A stretch of 64,000 nucleotides of DNA. Origin: Selaginella moellendorffii. Its lineage: Eukaryota > Plantae > Lycopodiophyta. Location: contig NW_003314342.1 of the NCBI RefSeq assembly GCF_000143415.4, forward strand, positions 99,299 through 163,298. Reading direction: 5' to 3'. The notes beneath the pieces are model-generated. The model was not told the origin of the DNA. It did no database searches and saw only the letters and a program-made list of their open reading frames with translations. The position numbers and the translations under genes are program-made. Positions 59,706 through 64,000 of this stretch are shown piece by piece (the stretch's first letter is position 1; each line of letters starts with the position of its first letter).

Positions 59706-60429
59706 CATTGCCAAGTCTCTCATATAATTCTCCTCAATGGAAAGAAGATATTGTGAAAGAGAAAATGAGAAATGTCTAAATCCAAGGAAAGCAAAGTGGA
59801 TTCATAAGTTGCAGCGCTTAGCATTTTCCTTAAGGCATCCGCATAAATTGTCACAGAGGGTGGTGGGATATGCCCATGGTGATGACTCCCCAGGATGAGA
59901 GCTGAAAAAGACTGATCATCTCTAGAACATCCGCATATATGTAAGAGCATCTCCAGGGAATATCCCAATATATCCTCACTTGCACCTATACACACTAGGG
60001 GAGCTCGTCCTCGAGCTCTGAAGGTAGTGTTGGGGTGTCTACACCTCAAATCATCTCTAGCATCTGCAACAATGTTGTGAAAGAAGGGCTTTGGTGAGTA
60101 GTGGCTCAAAGCTAGTTTCCTGGTCATAGCTGTCGCTCATCACCAGGTAATTTGGTTGGAGCAGTATGCTACTCCATCTACTAAGAAGAAGAGGGTACTT
60201 CAGTGCTGCAGAATGTTGGAAATGTTTTGATGTGAAAAAACGCATGGATCCTTTTGTTGGCTGCTTAAGCTCTGTTTGAGACTCTTCAGGACACACATAT
60301 CTGCGTGGTGAAGTAAAGTTGATGTGAAAATGTTTGAAGCTAGAAAGGAAAGGAAAATGTAAGAACAAAATGATTACAAAACCTATGTTGCTGCTGTAGA
60401 TACTCCTAAATGTAGTAGTGTTGAAGATG

Positions 60430-63400
60430 TGTTGAAGGGAAGGCAAGATATGGCCATCACTTGAACATAAAAAGAATTTGCATTAGTGATGCTTTCCACT
60501 TGAATTGATCTGCTCCAAGCTGATGTTAGCTTTAGTCGGTGAGAGTTTCTGACATCATAAAGCCAGACAAGTTCCCCTAGCTGAGCCATATGCCTTCCCT
60601 TGCTAATGACTTGTGGAGACAAGTGATGGTAAGTTTCCATGTCAGCAAACAAGCCAAGTCATCCATCCACCAAGTGTCACACCCATACCATTATGTACAT
60701 AACTTTAGCAAAGCAATGAAGTCAAGAGAGCACTCCATATGCAAAAATCCATACATTTACATGGTATTGGGTTTGTTTCGATCCTGATGGTGAAACACTA
60801 GTATGCAACAAGCAAGAACATACTAGGGCCCTTGCAATCCTTGCTAGGGTGGAGTAGTGGAACCAAGAATGCAAGTGAGCACAACATGAACCCAATCCTT
60901 GCCTCTGCCTATGTGGTAAGCATCCCTTCTAGAGATTCCCACCACCTCCTCTCCCTCCTCGCTTTCCTTAGCCATTTTCTCTAAAAACCAATGGCTTGGC
61001 TTCTAGTACTCCACCTGCTCAAACCACCCCAATGGTCACTTCGGGCAGTAGCGATGGGAGAAATTACTCCAGAAGTTCATAAGTGAAAACTTCACAACAT
61101 GGAAGAGTAAACTCTAGTTAATTTTGATGGCTAAAGATTGTTAGGACTTGGTCGAGGGAACTGAAGTGAGACCTCTTGACACTCATGCTACCTTGTAGAC
61201 TACTTGGGACTCTAAGAACTTGAAAGCACTCTTGGTGATTCATTCATCTTCTTGATCTGGAAAAATTCCAAGGAAAATTGTCTCCCAAGTCTTCGTAGCC
61301 AAAGCCACTAACACTAAATTGGTTCTCACTGAAACATTTTTCTCCTTACACATGCAACCTGGCGAGACAATGGCAACATACATCAGTAAGCTCAAGGGCA
61401 TCATGCAACAGCTCAAGCAAGAGGGCAAAGTAATCTCAGATGACTATGCAAAAGCTTTCTTGCTTTACTTTGTCTCCCTAGAGTTGCAACAATCATCCTC
61501 TATGCTCTTATTTATCCTAGGCAAAACCATGAAGGAGCCCTACTCTAATCTTCTCAAGGAAGAGCTCAAGATTGCTGAGCGTAAAGTTAGCATTTCAGGA
61601 TCTCCTTAAACTGCTTATAGGCAATCATTGTTTCTTGCCAAGTAATTGTCGAGTGGGGAGCAAAAGAAAGGAGGCACGTTTTGTGGGCCTCATAGTCTGC
61701 AACATCACCTAGCTTTAGAAGCAATTTCTCCAAGAAGAAAATGTCTTTGCAACTATTACAGGAAGATGGGAAGATGAATGTCATGTAAAGAAGGTTGCCA
61801 CCTAGCATATGCTTACTCAAAACCATTTATTGTTGATGATACTTATCATTGGTGCCTACTCTAGAGGTGTTATGGTTGGATAGTGGTGCTTCATTTCATA
61901 TGACTCTCTTAAAGTCTATGTTTCACACCTATAAGCCTCTCTATACTCTACAACAATAAACAAACACTGCAGATGGAAGGTTGTGGCATGGTGATAATCA
62001 AGCTTCCAAATGGACTTCTCAAGGAGGTTTATTATGTTCACTTTGTCCCTGAAGCTGGATAGACTGTTCTTTCCATAGGTGCAACCTCAAATCAAGGCTT
62101 TACCACCACTTTCTTGGTAGAAAGGTACATAATCTATGCTCATGATGGTACTCATATGGCTAGTGATGAAACTCTCTGCCATTTAAATATGGAATTGGTA
62201 TTTCTAACTCAAGTCCTTACTCTTCAAGCATATAAAACCATCAAGCTGTGGCATGCTAGTATGGGGCATGTCAATGAGCTAAATTTGCATGCCTTAGCTC
62301 GCAATTAACTCATTGAAGGCATCACACTCCTAGCTAGCCATCTAGGAGGTGTGACGCTTGCCATCTTGGCAAGAAAGTTTGCCTTTCATTCACATCAAGA
62401 ACCATGGAGGAACAAGTTATAGACTTGTTGGATCTAACTCACAATGACATGTGCTACCTGCCCATGGAAACACTCAACCACAATAGTGAGTTTCTCAACT
62501 TTCTAGCTAAGGTTGGCATTGTTCACCAGTATATAACAGGCAAAGCAACTTAATCATGCTTTGCTAGAGACTGTTTGTGCCTTCTCCAACACATAGGCTT
62601 ACCTAAATCCTTTTAGGATGAAACAGTCAACACAACTGTTTATATCCATAACCATCTTCCCACAAGGAGCACCAACATGGTTCTTTATCATGGGAAGCTC
62701 CCTCAGTTAGGGCACTTTAAAGTCTTTGGCTGTACAATGTACACATATTTTAGATGCAATTCAATAGATGCTAGATCTTATGAGCCAGAAGACCATCTTC
62801 ATGGGCTACTATGCTCATTTTAAAACTTTATGATCTTGCTCTTAAGAAGTTCGTGGTCAGCTAAGATATTTCTCTCAACAAGCAAGAACTCTATTGCCAT
62901 ATTCAAGGTATTGCTTCCTCCAATTCTAATGTGGTGGACTTAACTAGTGCTGGATGAGGAGTCTGTCCAGCGTCTAGCACCAACAATTCAGAGGTAGCTT
63001 ATTCCAAGAGGAGCAATGGCTCCTCCACTTGGTGGTGATACAACTTCCCACCAACACCATTATTGTTCAATCACTTTGGTGGTGATTAGCAACATTTTTA
63101 TGTCATTTAGTGAGAAAACCCTTGCTGCTATTATGGATAAGCCCTTCATAGGTAAAGACATGGTTGGAGGCTTTTCCAGCTTGCCTTCACCAGATCCTCT
63201 CCTAACACCACCATCTCATCAAGAGATTGGGGCTGTTACATCTTTAGGACGTGTGAGCAAGCCAACCCTTAAAGCTCTAGAATCCCTTGCTAAGGCTTTA
63301 TGCAAGAAACGATTCTATTGGGCCATGAGCTCTATTGCTGAGCCTTGTGGCTGCCAGGTTGCTCTTTCTAGACTTGTCTCACAATGGTAAGTGGCTATGC

Positions 63401-64000
63401 AAAATGAGTATGAATTACTGATCAAGAATGAAACTTGGACATTGGTTCCCCTCCCTCTTGACAAGAAGGTAGTCATGCCAAATGGTTATTCAAGAAGAAA
63501 TATAAAGCTGATGGTAGCATCAAGTGCTACAATGCACATTTCGTAGGTTGTATCTTCTCATAAATATAAGGAGTTGACTATTTTGAAACTTATAACTTTA
63601 TTGTGAAACTGACAATCATTCATCTTTTGATGAGCCTTGCAATTGAGTTTGATTTAGAGCTCCATCAACTTGATGTGAGAATTGCTTTCCTCAATAGTGA
63701 TCTTAAGGAGGAGGTGTATGTCATGTAGCCTCCTAGGTTTGTACATCCCGGCTAAGAGCATCTTGTTTGCCACTTACACAAGGCACTCTATGTCATAGTA
63801 CACTAAAATTAATGGTTTTCTAACTTTGTTGGGCTTTATTCATAATGTGGTTGATAACAATCTCTATATATATATCAAGATGGCCAAGGATTTCTATTCT
63901 TAGTGTTATATGTGGATGATACACTATTAGCCTCCAACCAAATGTGACTCATCAACCAAATTAAGACTTATCTTGATACTAAAATTGAGATGACCAACCA
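60430..64000 (+). mobile_element. Degenerate Ty1/Copia retrotransposon (runs off the window)
   Basis: Gag (ENFTTWKSKL; FFSLHMQPGETMATYISKLK), protease WLDSGASFHMT, LWHASMGHVN, RT KNETWTLVPLP, HQLDVRIAFLNSDLKEEVY, LYVDDTL; possible LTR ~60430-60761 followed by PBS-like TGGTATT. Confidence 0.88.

Overview
Eukaryotic (land-plant) nuclear DNA. The ~50-65-nt introns, tight gene spacing and abundant short-motif PLS-class PPR genes point to a lycophyte such as Selaginella (inference). There are four zones. (1) 1-9.6 kb is a transposon graveyard: a Gypsy gag remnant, a decayed LINE carrying a complete 5S-rRNA-containing Cassandra-type TRIM, and a PIF/Harbinger element that has captured a CYP26-2-like cyclophilin fragment. 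(2) 9.6-19.7 kb is a compact gene island: PPR pseudogene, SEC16, a head-to-head neuroguidin/Lcp5-like gene, oleosin and an intact PPR-E gene. (3) ~19.7-59.6 kb is a ~40-kb rearranged amplicon of nested inverted duplications. It holds about 20 copies or relics of a small gene I cannot assign to a named family, encoding a predicted secreted 65-aa precursor whose ~31-aa Arg/Trp/Cys-rich C-terminal peptide is two tandem RCxxGWxWxxNxCx repeats. Six copies are intact. The gene was co-duplicated with a PPR-E gene that is intact in only one of four cassettes. (4) 60-64 kb is a decayed Copia element. The amplified peptide family is the strongest candidate for an undescribed system. Coordinates of degenerate elements are approximate.
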